From Mizuhopecten yessoensis (lineage: Eukaryota), in contig NW_018480059.1 in NCBI RefSeq assembly GCF_002113885.1, positions 550,295 to 614,294 of the forward strand: 64,000 nucleotides of DNA, written 5' to 3'. The notes below the pieces were generated by a model that had not been told where the DNA came from, did no database searches, and saw only the letters and a program-made list of their open reading frames with translations. Below, one piece after another: positions 26,654-40,731 of the stretch. Numbering within the stretch: position 1 is the stretch's first letter; every line of letters begins with the position of its first letter. The position numbers and the translations under genes were made by a program.

Positions 26654-27276
26654 ATAGTGGTACACAACATCAAATGAACCCTTTTTAGCTACAACAGATT
26701 GTTCATTTCTAGCTATTATTTTATGTACGTGTCAGAATATACTCCAGCTTTCTGGCACTAACCGCGGGGTGTGATAGTCCAGCAGACAAGTCAACCGCCT
26801 TGTGGCGTGATTAATCACTTAATATCACTTCTTCCTCAATTGCCCCAAATATTATAGATGAAAGATAAGTTTTATTCAATGCGTTATCTAATTATAACCA
26901 AATTGATAACATCATCTTAAATACTGTTACTTTCACTAAGGGTGATATGAACCTTAACAGTGAATCAAATAAATTTATTCTCTCATGTGTTCTGGAGTTT
27001 GTTGAAAAATCTGGAAGATTTTAACTGACAATGTGTTTGTATTTGCTATTTTATATCAATAACGCTGGTGTAATTGGGAAGGATGGCACTGTTTATAGTG
27101 ACAGTGTCTTTGACGTGCCTTCAACCAAACACTAGGCTATTAATAATTGAAGTAATTAGACTATATTAATTGAAATGTTAAAATCTATGATATTCTAGTT
27201 ATTATTTTCTGTGAACATGTATTAAATGGGTCTAGTATGCTCCTATTAATTTGAACATATACTACATCTTCTCTAT

Positions 27277-27279
<3 letters not shown>

Positions 27280-27320
<41 letters not shown>

Positions 27321-27321
27321 G
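27280..27321. repeat. (CT)n(AT)n compound microsatellite
   Basis: Directly visible. Confidence 0.95.
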
Positions 27322-28518
27322 TATCCATCCAATTATGAAATGTGTGCATTTTCCCTGGAAAGTGCTTTATAGGCAATGCCTGTGTCTAATCGAATTGTGT
27401 TTTTTGAATACAATAAAATTGATTTGAAATGAAAATATACAAAGAAAGAAACAACTTCTTGTAAATATTTGGTAGCAGATGCAAAAAGCCCAACAAAATA
27501 CCCTTTTACTACATGGCCATTTGTCGATGCCATACTACTCAGTGATGGAACTGTAGCGGTCAGAAAAATGAAAAATCTTGTCTCAAGTTTTACGAATCAT
27601 ATGGAGAATACAGCAAAAAGTGTGTTCTGAAATGTGTCGTTTTAATGGATAAATATGTGATTTATTGTCAGAACCAGACAAAACAGATTGGACGTGCGAG
27701 TAATGACATTTATAACATTCGTCTCTTTCAAATAATGTTAAAATTTGATTTTTGTTGCAATTACTTTGGGAGAATATACGGAGTAGTCAACACAACTGAT
27801 AGACGGAGAAACCAAAACTAAAAGTGTCAACGCAAAATGTGTGACATTTTACAATGTGTTATTATTCCGTTAATGTAGAAAATAAAAATTCGGCCGATTT
27901 CGATATGGATATGTTACTATAAATGCATATTTTATTACGTAATGTGAATTCTATGCCTGTTTATGACACTGCTCCTTGGAAGAATGATACCTGTGACATA
28001 AATGTGCCATTAGAAGACTAACGTAAAAATTGCAATAATTTGTGAATGTTGAATACAACCATTTGAGTGCGTACAACATGCAAGTATTGGTAATGACAGG
28101 GGCGTGGGCGTGGTTACACATACAATGTTATTGTTTTATCAGATGGGCAACGTTTATTTACATTTAAAAAAAATCCATCCAATTATCATCTCGTTAATTG
28201 CTCAGCGTTAGGTTGATTGGCAAATAGGCACTTTAAGGTTTCCTTTTCCTTTTGAATATTACTGATCTGCATAATCAGGAGACATGCTTTGTAAAATTAT
28301 CATTAATACTCTCAGTAGTAAAGTCGTATTCTGTAATAGATAAAACGATATTTTCATTGATAAAGATTATTGATTATGTACTAGTACAGTAAAAAGAAAA
28401 AAGATATCCTAGATAAGTTATGCTGACATTGACATTGCCATAGTTCGAACCCAGTATCTTTAGACGATTGTCCTTACACCATAACAACACTACTTCGACT
28501 TTACAATAAGTGTTTTAG

Positions 28519-28945
28519 TAATAATAATAATAATATACAACATTTATATAGCGCCCTATATAATTTGTAAAATTACTCTAAAGCGCTTTACAACATATGG
28601 ATAATAGTAATGGTTATAATTGTGAAAACAAACAACAAAGGCTTACAATCACTTTTATACATTTAACAAGCGATGTGTACATAATTGAACAAATAAAAGG
28701 GGTGGTATTTACATGACGTCTTTGCAAAGATTCTAAAATGGAGACGTGAAGAGGTGAGTTTTGATGTCCCTCTTGAACCTGGCCAGGGTATTGGACTTTC
28801 TAATTGCAGACGGTAAGCTATTCCACAACGTAGCCGAAACCCTCCCAAAGCATCTGTTTCCGTAGGTCACAGAACGAGATTTTGGGACACACAACAAAGA
28901 TTCTGACTCCGACCGCAGTGATCGTGACGGCTGATACAGGTTACC
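28519..28945 (-). mobile_element. L2-clade LINE 3' fragment
   Basis: C-terminal YQPSRSLRS..LCVP..YGNRCF..LWNSLP..FKRDIKTHLF; L2-type 3' end GTAAAGCGCTTTAGAG...GGCGCTATATAAAT followed by a (TAT)n tail. Confidence 0.9.
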
Positions 28946-29484
28946 AGTGCAGCGAATAGAGCACAGGTGTGATGTGCTCTCTCTTTCGAGTACTAGTACA
29001 TAGTTCTGAAGCAAATAATAGTCTACATTTGAACATAAAGACATGTTTCGGAATTTAAAAATGTTTCGTGTATAATAGAGGTATTAGACTGACGTCAGAA
29101 TGCGACATGTTATCGCAAAACATTGAATTAATAACCTTTTTAATCTCTTGTTTTGTGCTGTAGTTTTGAATTATATTGTTCGGTAATGAAGTTTTCTCAA
29201 CTGCTATCAACAACGATTGATACCGTGCAATGTTCGTCCATCGTACGCACAGTTGTACGGGAAGTATAATCGCCCAGTTTCTGATCGTTCGCACATTGTG
29301 CACGCATCAATCGCACTTCGTGTGCACAATCTTAGGATGTATATGTGAATAGGAATCGCGCTGTCGTGTTACATTTGTGGAATGAATATACCGTGAAAAA
29401 GTGCTGCGAAAATAACCCTGTATGGTACATGTATATGACCTTACATGTGTCCAATTAACACTGTATACAGCACGTACATGACAT

Positions 29485-29967
29485 GACCACCCTGTTGGCT
29501 CGGGGAAAGCATAGGCCTTCTACTGTATCCCACTACATGTCGTCATAGGAGACTAATCTACCCTCTTCCTGCAGATTCGGGGGTTTTCTTCGGCATCTTC
29601 TTCCTAGGAGAATTTGAAGAAACCAAAATAGATCTGCTGCCGCCCAATCGCAACATTTGGAATGTTTATATTTTCTCACGACTTTCTAGCAACCTTTTTT
29701 GGTTCAGCATATAGGGTCATGGCAACAACTTGGTCCCCCGTTGTCAGTATAATGTGACCGGGCGGAATAATCTGTTGGGTGCCTTCGGAATGGTATTTCA
29801 GTGAGCTTACACTATATAGTCGGCATCAGATCCGCGCTATCACAGGAGTCAAATACGAAAACATACCTTGTCTCCAGCACACACGCACATATACAGTACA
29901 TGAATGCGCGTCCTTAAAGGACATTAGCTGTTGATAGAACGTTAATCGAAATAAACATAAAGATAAA
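29485..29967 (+). mobile_element. Composite retroposon: non-tRNA (RTE-5'UTR-like) head plus Meta/MESC-like SINE body and tail
   Basis: 29690-29960 aligns with 45920-46200 (CCCGTTG.CAGTATAA.GTGA.CGG, TGGGTGCCTTCGG, TCCTTAAA.GAC.TTAGCTGTT.ATAG.ACGTTAA). Flanked by imperfect direct repeats acagcac(gtac)atgacat. Confidence 0.7.
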
Positions 29968-31668
29968 CAGCACATGACATAGTACATATGGACTTAACTA
30001 CGTATAGGTACATGACATTGTATTTGTCCTTTTAACACGGAAACATGCATCGTCCTGTTGTTGGCTCTATCAAAACATGCAAGAAAATAATATAGATTTT
30101 TTTCTCGTCAAATAGCGTCTGTTGTTTGTCAATCTTAACAATAATTAGAGCATTCCAAACCTACCCGAATACCTAGTCGGTACACAGCTAACATATCAAA
30201 TATGATTTTAATAATCTCCACAGATTAGACAAAGTACGACCTCTCGAGATCACACCGGGATAACCATGATAGGGCATGACTATTAGACAGAATGTTTGAC
30301 AAGGACTTGAGGTCAGAAGAATGTATATATAGAACCAGGTTATGGTACTACAATAAACTTAAATGGCCATTCCCTTATAGAGGCCTACTCCCTGCCTCTG
30401 TAGTCTCGACCTCTTATTACAATAGCTATTACAGCATTCAACTGTCTGGTGATTTTTTTTTGTTTAATATTTCAAATCTGATTTTTCCTTGTGAGCCTTT
30501 GTTAACTTTATTTTGCTATAATTAATCATAATTTTTGCAATTCACCAAATGCTCATCAAATCTTCTATTTTGGATACAAATATTTCAAACAAAATGAGAC
30601 ATGGGTCGTGTTAAACGTTTCCTTTAGGAAAATAATTCGGGAAAGTGACAAAATCAAATTTCCTAGAAACAACATAATAATAACATATTTGTTTACGGCT
30701 AATTTGTAAACATTTGTTACTTACCAAGGCTTCTGATTTTAAAAAAATAAGTTTAGGAGGATTGGTATCAAATGCCTTTAAGAGTACATGTTTTCAAGTT
30801 GCAATTAAATGGACAATCGAAAACTGGCAAACTGCTAACAATATTATTTATAATTCTGTATTCTTAGAAAAATAAATTCATCGGAGTTGGTCAAACTTCC
30901 GCGTATTCTCCCTAAGTGTGTACTTCTACTTCGCTTTTATGTGTTTAAAATGCTGGTCAAACGTGGTTTTATCTGTTAGAATTCCTGTAGGATTATTTTT
31001 ATCTGCTGATGATATTTCAAGTACACTGGACACTCCTGATAGACAATTACACAGATGTTCGCTCCAGGACATCAAACGGTTATCCCCCTTTGTTTGTTTT
31101 CCCAATTCTTGTCAAACAAACATGGCCGTTATTGCATTGAATGATCTATTTTCGCAGAATGTAACGATTGTATCGGGTAATCTAATATGATAACTCATCC
31201 CCAATACGGTATAATACCAGTCAAATTAACCATTTTGTGTAATTTTAGAAATATCTATTTTATTATTTCTACCCACAATTTCAACATACGAGGATATTTT
31301 TAGACTCCGTTACTTCAAATACGACCGTTTTTTTACGTTATTTTCTGTACTGCTTCTGTGTACTATACACATTAATAGCATCGTGCAGTTATTACTGTGA
31401 ATGATGTGAATAGTTTTAATAAAACGATATCAAAAGCATCATGATATTGAAAAACAAATATTACAACTTCAATCAGGAAGTGCTTGATGCTTTCAAACAA
31501 ATTAAAGCAACAATTAACATAAAAAGAATGATGAGTTGTTTCTAAAAATAGGAATTTCTACAAAAACCTAAACAATGCTTTTGATGAGAAGGTTAAAATC
31601 ATTTTTCGAAGTGCATTATGTTTTCGACATAGTTTTTTCTTTTTTCCCATTGAATAGTGTCTTACATA

Positions 31669-31765
31669 CTGTTAGTCCGTTATAAAGGGTCATGACGTCA
31701 TTCTGATAGTCCGTCTTAAAGGGTCCTGACGTCATTCTGTTAGTCCGTTATAAAGGGTCATGACT
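31669..31765. repeat. 34-bp tandem repeat x~3
   Basis: CTGTTAGTCCGTTATAAAGGGTCATGACGTCATT. Confidence 0.9.
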
Positions 31766-33109
31766 TTACTCCGAATCTGTTTACCAGCAAACTGCTTCCT
31801 ATTGTACCTCACGTGTTACATGCATCACTTTCAGGGAACGTGCAAAGTCCGTTCGGTGAATCCAATCAGCAACTGCACAAAAGATAGACAAAAAGTTGAT
31901 GGAAATGTATACCAAACTATGCATGTACACAGACAGCTATTCATACGCAAACGACAAAAAAAGAATATTCACATTTGCAATGTAAATGTTCAATTGATTG
32001 TGCCAGAAAATGGGAAATAAAGGAAGGCTGATCCTGAAATATAGAATTACACTTGTAAATAGAGCATCACTGAATACTATTAAGACACGTAAACGCTGTA
32101 CCGATGTCCGCACCAAGTCGCTTCTTTCCATTTAATAAAAGGATGCAGCCATTTTGGCGTTAGGGCCTGAAAGAGCATATCATATCATCCAATCAGACAA
32201 AAAGATTCGCTCCTTTTCTATAACTAATGAATAGCAAAACGCAGTAAAATTGATGAAAATTTATCAATCAGTTAAGAAATGGTTTGACACATACGATGCT
32301 TATGATTTGTGACCCTACATTACTAGGAATTACCATTACTAGGAGAAATGGCGGGAGATTGACATATAGAGTAGCAACTAACAATCAAAACCAACCTAAT
32401 CAATTAGGCGGAGAAGGATATCCGGGATGAAATAGAATTCAACTTGACAAATGAATTACAATATTTCTACCGCATTAGGGATAATATAGTGCTTCATTCG
32501 GACCTAAACATACTACACTTGGGAAGGAGCAGACGACATCGACTTGTCACGTGCGGACATTCCTATAGCCAATCCAGATCGATTCTATTTAACCAATAAG
32601 AAAGGTTTGAAAGGCATGATTGACAACCGCTGGGTACCACACAATTTAGAACACAGACATAAATGAAAACAGTACAAATAAAAGCATTAGAATAGAAAAT
32701 GGTATGGTTTTCTGAACACTATAAATGGCTTCTACATCACTATGAACAGTTAGCACATGGGAATATTTAACTTATTGTCTTTTCTCAACTTAACAAATAA
32801 AGTACCGAAAACATTACTGACCGTTAAATTATAACAACCAATACATGCCAAATAGCGTTTATAACATTTTCGACTTTTAGAGATTTTTTCGTCGTTTGAA
32901 CCCCGATATGCATTTGGTTTATTGTTCCGTGATCGTGGATGTAATGAAATAAAATTCGGAAAGAATTGGCGAATGGCAACTGTAAAAAAAATCATGGCGA
33001 AACCCTACGCAATTATTTAAAATTCAGACGCTTTAGTTCTGCTTTTGTTTAACCACTTGTGATTGTAACCCGAGTGTGTGGCGACGTCGATAACTACTTT
33101 TGCAGCGTC

Positions 33110-33357
33110 ATGGAGCGAACGCCATTTACCAAGACAACGAACCCCTACACACCAGTCACGTCAGCAGATCTGTTACCCATAGAACATATTTGGAATGTCT
33201 CGCAAAATGAATGCCACGTCGCCAAAATCAGCTCGGTAATTTACAAGAACTCGCTCAAGCGTTGGCGATTGATGGGAACATCATCCCTGTTCACGTAATT
33301 TGACGTCACACATGGTCAATGCGGCGCTGTATCAATGCCGGTGGTGAGACGGGCTAA
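33110..33357 (+). mobile_element. Tc1/mariner transposase relic (C-terminal DDE region)
   Basis: Across frameshifts: IYQDNEPLH (cf. FQQDNAPCH); SADLLPIEHIW (cf. SPDLNPIEHLW); NLQELAQAL..IP..I...SMRRCINAGG. Confidence 0.8.
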
Positions 33358-36178
33358 TTGAATACACACCCGCAATGAGGCTTTTTCACTTTGTACTTGT
33401 CATCAAAGACACGTAAAAGCACATTGCGTTATTATTTCTTATCTTAGAAATTTTTAACAGGTAATAGCTTTCTATTTGATAATTTCTTAAATAAATGCAT
33501 ATATTCATATTAAATAAAAAAGAAAGTGTGTTTCTCTTTTTGTTGAGTATATTATATTTATACATACTCACGCCCATAGATATATATATATAGAGATAAA
33601 ATAAGAGCTCTTATAATGAACAAATTTACATAAAGATCCCTTAGAAAACATCAATAAATTATACAAATAGGATATCGTGTCATATTGGAGAGACTTGAAT
33701 CCATGTAACCCTGACGAGCTACTTGTAACTTGCCTGATAGTTTGATTTAAATCATTCCTTAAATATCTCCCTTGGTGAGACTGATCGTGCCTTAATTACA
33801 TGTGAGCCAGGTAAATTACAGCTGCGACAAGGAAGGACACGCAGTTATACGTGCATAAGTATGACATTATTGAACTTAAATTGATAAATAAAACTGTTTG
33901 AGAGTATAAAAGAAAAGTGGTCACAAATCCGTTCGGGAATTACCCGGCAATTGTAGCAGCATCAAGCATGTCAAAACGTCTTACATCTGCATTAAATGAA
34001 AAGGATATGTACGATATCCTAGATACGACTTGTATCGACACAGGTGTTCATTTCATAAATTTTATTTCTTACAATCTTAAGCATATCAGAAAGCAATAAA
34101 TGTCAACAATGGATAGTAAATGTACTACAAAAACGTCTGGTGCTCTGATCTACCGGGGTGTATTCAACGTACAGCGAGTTACCTCTGGGTATTAAGATCG
34201 ACTATTTTTGATAATGATCTGAGGTTCTTTGACATGGTTATATACATAGCTCATAATGTTAACATTTTAGTCATTATTCGTTAAAAATTACCAAGATTTT
34301 TTCTGGGTATTGACATTCATACAGTTTAAGGGTGTTAAGCATCTTCCTTTCTGTTTCAACAGTACTTTAGACCGATTTTAGGATGTCCATACTTTCAGCC
34401 CCTGCATCATGGATGAGTCCTAGATGATACAGATGTATGGCATACTTTAATAGTGTTATTTATTTTTGGCAAACCTGAACTATCACCAGATTTTATAGGT
34501 GCTATCACATGTGTGTGTGTCTAACGTCCATCACTTAAAACAAAATTATAATTCCGGGATGTGGGGTCACGTGCATTTTAACTTCAATTTGGAATTTTGA
34601 TAGAGAAAAGAAATTAACGTTATTTAAAAAACATATCAGGTGGTAAGTAATAGCCTGGCTTATTTTACAGCTTACTGGCACATCTTTACAGGTAACTTTT
34701 AAATATATATTTAGAAAATTTCGAATAAGGATATTATTTAATCACAGATGAAAATATATGTGCATTTTACGCATTCAACACCGTTTTATAGAAAAAATAT
34801 ATTACAGTAAAACTTTGCATATTTAAACAGGTTGAAGATCGTTTTTTTGTTCTTATTTTTATAAGGAATAAATGTTGCACTAAAATCCGGTTCGCTCCGT
34901 TTCATGTTTGGGGCAATATAAGTTATACAACCTTCTTTTCATTTTTATAAGCACTTTTAATATGTTAGTATCTAATTTGCTGTTTATACGTCAATGAAAA
35001 TGTTTAAAAATCCAGATGACTGCGCCTGCTTCTCGTAATGGTACTAGTTGTCAGTATCTGTATTACCTTTAAAAGAAGTTTCACTCGAAAGGTATACCTT
35101 TCTCAAAGTGACATTTTTTTACAACTTCAAAACCGATTTTTCATTATGAATATATATGAAAATACCTTTCGTTACATTTCTGTTGACGTTTATCGTTTAG
35201 TCGACCAGGCCTTTAACTCCCCGGTGACCTCCTGTGGCCAAACCATCCCTCATGTGTAACACACCTGTGATTGTATGGAGACACAGAGACCGTGACCTGT
35301 TATCACGTGACACATAATACAGATATCCAACATGGTAACAATGTTTTCATGGACATTTTTCTCTGCATGTATTTAAACACCGCCTCATTAACATGATTGT
35401 GGTGAAATAATGGGCCATTTGTATCCCGTACGAGGTGTACCTAGGCGGAATCCAGAATCACTGTCATTGTCATGGCCGTACTAGACTTCCAATGAGGGAG
35501 GCTCTCAAGAACTAGATGTTTTCTTTAATTATTATTGTTCAGGAGGTATTTTCCATTATATTTGCGTTGTATTGATATGTTTACTTTCATTGTCCGTGTA
35601 TACCTACTAATGTGTGGCCCCTTTTGACCTTATTGCATTGTTGGCCATTTTAAATACAGCAGACTTAATCCAGTGAGATGTTCTGTCATCATTTTCTGTG
35701 TTATACCAAACTCTTCTTTCATGCTACAACTTCAGTTTATTAAATTGTGAAGGATCTTTCATCTTGATAAAAGAAATGTCGTTCCCCTTTGTAATATATC
35801 ATTTTGACATGAAATAAATCAATGAATCTGATTTATGCTTGGCTCATCTGTTGGTGTGAAAGATGCCTGGTAAGTTAAAACTATAGAGAGAACACTTTTA
35901 TAATCTCAGTAAAATATATAACCGGGTTATTGAAAAAATGAATAAATCGGTGTTTCTTTAAAATAACGACCATGATATTACAAAAGCAGCACAATGATCA
36001 ATGAGTTCGTGTAACATCAGAAAAGCGCACACCACGGGATGTTAACGAGTACAGCGATAGATTCATCCGGGCGCTGATGCAAGTGATACGCTCGTAATTT
36101 TTGTAAAATTCTGTTTCGTTTTTATATGTATTGTTTTGATGTTAAATAGATAACTAATGCTGTATATAAGATAAAGCC

Positions 36179-36409
36179 TACATTGTGACACGTGTTGTCT
36201 TCCTTGTAACGACAGAGTACATTGTGACATGTGCTTTCTTCCTTGTAAGGACAGACTACATTGTGACATGTGTTTTCTTCCTTGTAAGGACAGACTACAT
36301 TGTGACATTTGTTTTCTTCCTTGTAAGGACAGACTACATTGTGACATGTGTTTTCTTATTTGTAAGGACAGACTACATTGTGACATGTGTTTTCTTCCTT
36401 GTAAGGACA
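36179..36409. repeat. 39-bp tandem repeat x6
   Basis: TACATTGTGACATGTGTTTTCTTCCTTGTAAGGACAGAC; explains the repetitive ORFs at 36063-36483. Confidence 0.96.
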
Positions 36410-37579
36410 AGCAATCAAACGAAACCTTAGAATCAAAGAGGCCATATGCGTTTGAGGCCCCAGACGGGATACTAATAGACTAAAATTGCGTAATTGACGT
36501 GAAATTTATAAGTTTTTCGAACTAAAAGGTACGAGAAAAAAACAATTGCATGTAACTGACGGAGATCGGGTTATTATTTTAGTCGAGAGCTAAGATTCTG
36601 TAGCATCCCAACCTCTAAGTTAAAGGAAATATTTTTTTTATTGATAACGACTCTGACTTTTTAACAAAAAAATATTTTTTAAGTGACAAAACGGTAAAAC
36701 TTTATAGTTTCCTTTTCATTGTTGTTATATGTCAAGGGTGTGACTGAATAACAACATTTGAAATGACGTTCCGTTGTACTTAGTATGTATAATTTGCCCG
36801 GCTGCCATACTTCCTCTCCAAATCAGTTCATCATTACGTTGTGTTGTGTGTACAAGTTAATCTAGCAATGCCTAACAATGGCGATAGCCCCTCGAGTATT
36901 AACTACCCCTTGTCACATCAAACTTATCTCGGGAAACATAAACACAGCCAAATAAGACAAGTTGTATCCCCTGTACGTGTCTAAGGCGAGTTTCCGACTC
37001 TTCTATAGCCCGTCCATTGCTTTGCGTATTAATGTGACGTCTTTGTAAGTACTTCAGTTTCAATGGAGACTTCTAATCTAGTTTACTTACGTATGTATAT
37101 TGTCGGAATTATGGCCACATTTGGAAGTTTTTGAAATTAACTGTCGGGATGTATGAATAAAATCAACATGATTTAGGGAGATTATTAGCAGATCAGTTTT
37201 AAGATGGCTGATTTATGTATTTATATATCGAATTATCAAAGATCGACTCTTGAATAGAGCGGGCATGAGTCACCCAAAACCCTGAAAGTGAGAATGCCGA
37301 ATTCTAAACTTCCTACGTGTTAAGTAGTGGACAATTGGGGTTTGGGTCATCTGTTATAACTAAATCCATATCCGAAATTGTTATCCTGAAATCAACAATA
37401 TGTTAAGCTCTCTATTAAATTATGTTCATGAATGTACAAAAATGTAAGAAGCAACATACATCAGGTTAAAACATAAAACGTAAATTGAAAGTGAAACAAC
37501 ATCAGCCGATGAGATAACAAACGACAGAGTAGAAATAGAGAAGATTCAAAACAACAGGAGTTCGGGGTACAACAAAACA

Positions 37580-38120
37580 AACGACAGGAACTAAGATATA
37601 TCAAAATGTGACACACAGCATGAACTAGGAGAGAACAAAATAAGACACACAACATGAACTAGGAGATATCAAAATAAGACACACAACATGAACTAGGAGA
37701 TATCAAAAAAAGACACACACCATGAACTAGGAAAGAACAAAATAAATGACACAACATGAACCAGGAGATATCAAAATAAGACACACAACAGGAACTAGGA
37801 GATATCAAAATAAATGACACAACAGGAACTAGGAGATATCAAAATAAGACACACAACATGAACTAGGAGAGAACAAAATAACTGACACAACATGAACCAG
37901 GAGATATCAAAATAAGACACACAACAGGAACTAGGAGAGATCAAAATAAGACACACAACAGGAACTAGGAGATATCAAAATAAGCCACACAGCATGAACT
38001 AGGAGAGAACAAAATAAGACACACAACAGGAGCTAGGAGATATCAAAATAAGACTCACAACAGGAACTAGGAGATATCAAAATAAGACACACAACATGAA
38101 CTAGGAGAGAACAAAACACA
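37580..38120. repeat. 34-bp minisatellite (AAAATAAGACACACAACAKGAACTAGGAGATATC), ~15 units
   Basis: Period 34 (37671 to 37705). Confidence 0.95.
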
Positions 38121-38249
38121 ACATATATCAGGAACCGAGAAGACACGAAAACAAATGACAAAAAGAAACATATTAGACATCAAATCAAAATACGCAAACA
38201 GAATTCAGGGGACATAAAAACACGACACAGGGACCGAAGAAACACAAAA

Positions 38250-38362
38250 ACAAACGACAAAGCAGGAGTTCATGTGATAACAAAATAAACGACAAAGCAG
38301 GAGTTCATTTGATAACAAAATAAACGACAAAGCAGGAGTTCATGTGATAACAAAATAAACGA
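38250..38362. repeat. ~35-bp tandem repeat x3
   Basis: AAACGACAAAGCAGGAGTTCATGTGATAACAAAAT. Confidence 0.9.
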
Positions 38363-38399
38363 TACAACGGGTCACGAGGGAATAGAGAATCAGACAAGA

Positions 38400-38912
38400 C
38401 AACCGGAACCGAGGAAACACAAACAATACAACCGGAACCGAGGAGACACAAACAATACAACCGGAACCGAGGAGACACAAACAATACAACCGGAACCGAG
38501 GAGACACAAACAATACAACCGGAACCGAGGAGACACAAACAATACAACCGGAACCGAGGAGACACAAACAATACAACCGGAACCGAGGAGACACAAACAA
38601 TACAACCGGAACCGAGGAGACACAAACAATACAACCGGAACCGAGGAGACACAAACAATACAACCGGAACCGAGGAGACACAAACAATACAACCGGAACC
38701 GAGGAGACACAAACAATACAACCGGAACCGAGGAGACACAAACAATACAACCGGAACCGAGGAGACACAAACAATACAACCGGAACCGAGGAGACACAAA
38801 CAATACAACCGGAACCGAGGAGACACAAACAATACAACCGGAACCGAGGAGACACAAACAATACAACCGGAACCGAGGAGACACAAACAATACAACCGGA
38901 ACCGAGGAGACA
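38400..38912. repeat. Near-perfect 29-bp minisatellite (CAACCGGAACCGAGGAGACACAAACAATA), ~17.5 units
   Basis: Directly visible; explains three open minus-strand frames. Confidence 0.98.
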
Positions 38913-38914
38913 CC

Positions 38915-39180
38915 AAAACAACAGGACCTCAAGGCACATTAAGAACAACAGGAACTCAATGGACATAAGAACAACCTGAACTCAAACGACATTATAACAA
39001 CAGGAACTCAAACGACATTAGAACAACAGGAACTCAAAGAACATCAAGACAACAGGAACTCACGGACATTAGAACAACAGGATCTCAAAGGACATTAGAG
39101 CTACAGGAACTCAGGGACATTAGAACGACCGGAACTCAAAGGACATCAAAACAACAGGAAATCATGGGACATCGAACAAA
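38915..39180. repeat. Degenerate ~26-bp repeat (AACAACAGGAACTCAAAGGACATTAG)
   Basis: About 10 diverged units. Confidence 0.88.
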
Positions 39181-40731
39181 CAACAGAAGAATTTCGAACA
39201 TTTTAAAATAAAATGGGAGAAATGATGAACTTTCACAAACCTTGAAGTTAGAGCAGGTGATCTGGAAGGGTAAGCGGTCTCTGAATGTTTGATATTGCAA
39301 CAATGTTAAACAGTTTAATTGGTAACAAATTTTTACCGTTGGATACAATGTCATACTGGTTCGCACTAATTAACATAACAGAATCTAAAAATTAGTATGC
39401 TATGTACAAAAAAAAATGTATGATGTGAATGGTTTCTTTTAATTTTATATAATAAAAGGATTCCCCTTGTCAACATCTATTGGATTGGAGGAGTATTCAT
39501 CATACAGATTCATATGACTTTACCAGTATTATAATGAAATTCAAAAATTGATCAAGGCCATAATAAATCATTAAAACTTCTTTCCTGTTGCAAGTATAAA
39601 TACTCATTGTTAATGCACTACCAATATTTCAAATGTTCTGAGATGAATCTTACGTCACTGGACATGCTAGCTTCACGCCGTTGTCTGCCTTCTGGTGAAG
39701 TTCTCTCCCTGAAATAAGATCGAAGATTCGTCTGAATATTTTGTAAAATTTCATATATCACATACACCAACAAATTCAACTACACATACAGTTGCGTCAT
39801 GCGAGTGTAACGTTGACGCCTATGCTTCTTTGACAATCAGTTAAATCACGATTATTTCTTATAGTTTAAAAAACCTTAAAATGAATATAGAAAATTAAAA
39901 AGCAAATGTTTAATTGAGATCCACAGTATTGAATAAATATCCCCGACGAGAATTACTTATTATTTTGGATTTAGTTCAAGCTTCAAAAAAAGATTTCATG
40001 TATTACATCCATACTATTGGGACAATAGTATTTGTGTAATTTGAAGGAAAATATGAGACGGAAAGAAAGTACAACTAGTTTAACTGGTTTGTTCTGTCGA
40101 AAAAGATAAACGTTTTTATTCAATTTTTGGATTGTTTTTTATTCAATTTATTTTAAAGCTTATTAGTACTTCTAAAGTTAAATTAATAGGATACCATGTA
40201 AAATGTGTAATTAGTGAACGTCTTAATTGTGAATGGGTTCGGTAAATCATAGAGAAATAAAAATAATCTTCACATGAACTGAACTGTAAAGATTAGCTGT
40301 CTCGGTTTCTCAAGCGACAAGGTAGTGTACATTGTTTTCTATTACTGAGTTTCAAAGACATTAGTTATAAAAAGAAATGTCGCTATTTGGTGATCATGGT
40401 ATCAGGGTCTAAAAGAATCTTCCACATTTAAAGTTAACAGGAAAATTGCTTGGTCTTAATGTTTTTTTCATGATAATATTAAGTATTCTCTCAACTTTTC
40501 TATGGTAGAATGTCACACACATGTTTTAGCATTGTGCCGTTCTCAAGGTATACAACAGGAACATTTCTGTTGTATTCTCTTCCAACATGTAATAGTAAAC
40601 AGACAGTTATATAATACATTGGTTCAGACCTTGTCTAAGTAAGCAGTCCTGTAGCTATTCATGCAGAACCGCAATGTAGATTTAGATAATGGAGAAAGTA
40701 TTAACATAATTATTGCAAATGTGATGAGCGA

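Noticed and set aside
38305-38966. Three long Cys/Leu/Val-rich minus-strand ORFs (180-208 aa)
   Set aside because: Artefact of a stop-free 29-bp tandem repeat, open in all three frames.
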